Below the pieces are notes generated by a model that worked only from the letters and a program-made list of their open reading frames with translations, searched no databases and was not told where the DNA came from. The position numbers and the translations under genes were made by a program. A stretch of DNA of 64,000 bases from Vicinamibacterales bacterium (GTDB taxonomy: Bacteria > Acidobacteriota > Vicinamibacteria > Vicinamibacterales > UBA2999), in the NCBI GenBank assembly GCA_050185275.1, contig JBFWZN010000005.1, positions 202,507 to 266,506 on the forward strand, in the 5' to 3' direction. Positions within the stretch are counted from its first letter, which is position 1. Each line of letters begins with the position of its first letter. Below are positions 63,664 through 64,000 of the stretch, piece by piece.

Positions 63664-64000
63664 ATGCTGTGTGAACGTTGTGCGAGCGAGTACGCGCCCG
63701 GCGACGGGTACTGTCGTGCGTGCGGCACCCCCACCCGTGAAGCGAGCGAGGCCCGCCGGCTGACGAGGCTCCCGGACGAAGGCCGGGTTGCGGGCATTTG
63801 TGCGGGCATCGCCTCCTACGCGGGCGTGGACGTCGTGCTGGTGCGCCTGCTGGCCATCGTACTGACGGTCCTGCCTGGCGCCATCCTCGGCGGAGCCTTG
63901 GTGTACCTGGTGCTCTGGGCGCTGGTCCCCGCGGCGTCGGGGCCGATCCGCCCACCCGCCGGCCCGCGCCTGTTCCGTCCCCGCGATGATCGGAAGGTGG
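63664..64000 (+). CDS. Zn-ribbon plus PspC domain protein, 3'-truncated (absent from the ORF track)
   Basis: AGGAGG RBS; MLCERC...YCRACG, RRLTR...RVAGICAGIA, YLVLWALVP, second repeat RLFRPRDDRKV. Confidence 0.85.
   Translation, partial: MLCERCASEYAPGDGYCRACGTPTREASEARRLTRLPDEGRVAGICAGIASYAGVDVVLVRLLAIVLTVLPGAILGGALVYLVLWALVPAASGPIRPPAGPRLFRPRDDRKV

Overview
GC-rich (roughly 70% by eye), gene-dense bacterial chromosome segment. Gene content and style suggest Acidobacteriota, probably Vicinamibacteria-like; this is an inference. Housekeeping blocks: hemD-hemB-hemL; pyrE-truA-uppS-cdsA-dxr-rseP; tolC-like gene plus two glycosyltransferases; a divergent pyrimidine cluster (pyrR-pyrB-pyrC-PRTase-TIGR02757 / pyrK-pyrD-pyrF) with a PyrR-binding RNA loop; pal; a Gld-type ABC system with dacB; queE-queC-alaX; tRNA(CAU)-tilS-ftsH-folP-cdaA-cdaR-glmM-pdxJ; yebC-ruvCAB-fabH-DUF4112-LigD polymerase-queA; a polar amino-acid ABC transporter; an AsmA-like gene; and a truncated pspC-like gene. 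Most interesting: (1) a bacterial microcompartment operon lacking canonical metabolosome enzymes (TPR and YHS membrane proteins, class II aldolase with an encapsulation peptide, one BMC-H, three BMC-P, a small encapsulation-peptide/4-Cys protein, a 2-hydroxyacid dehydrogenase, translationally coupled to nth and a PPIase); (2) a LysW-like Zn-ribbon protein with a poly-acidic tail overlapping an orphan LarE-type sulfur transferase; (3) a ~208-nt nested palindrome, a 17-bp tandem repeat, and a terminator-less PyrR leader with duplicated hairpins. No CRISPR array, rRNA, transposase or prophage was seen. All product calls come from motif recognition by eye; no database searches were run.
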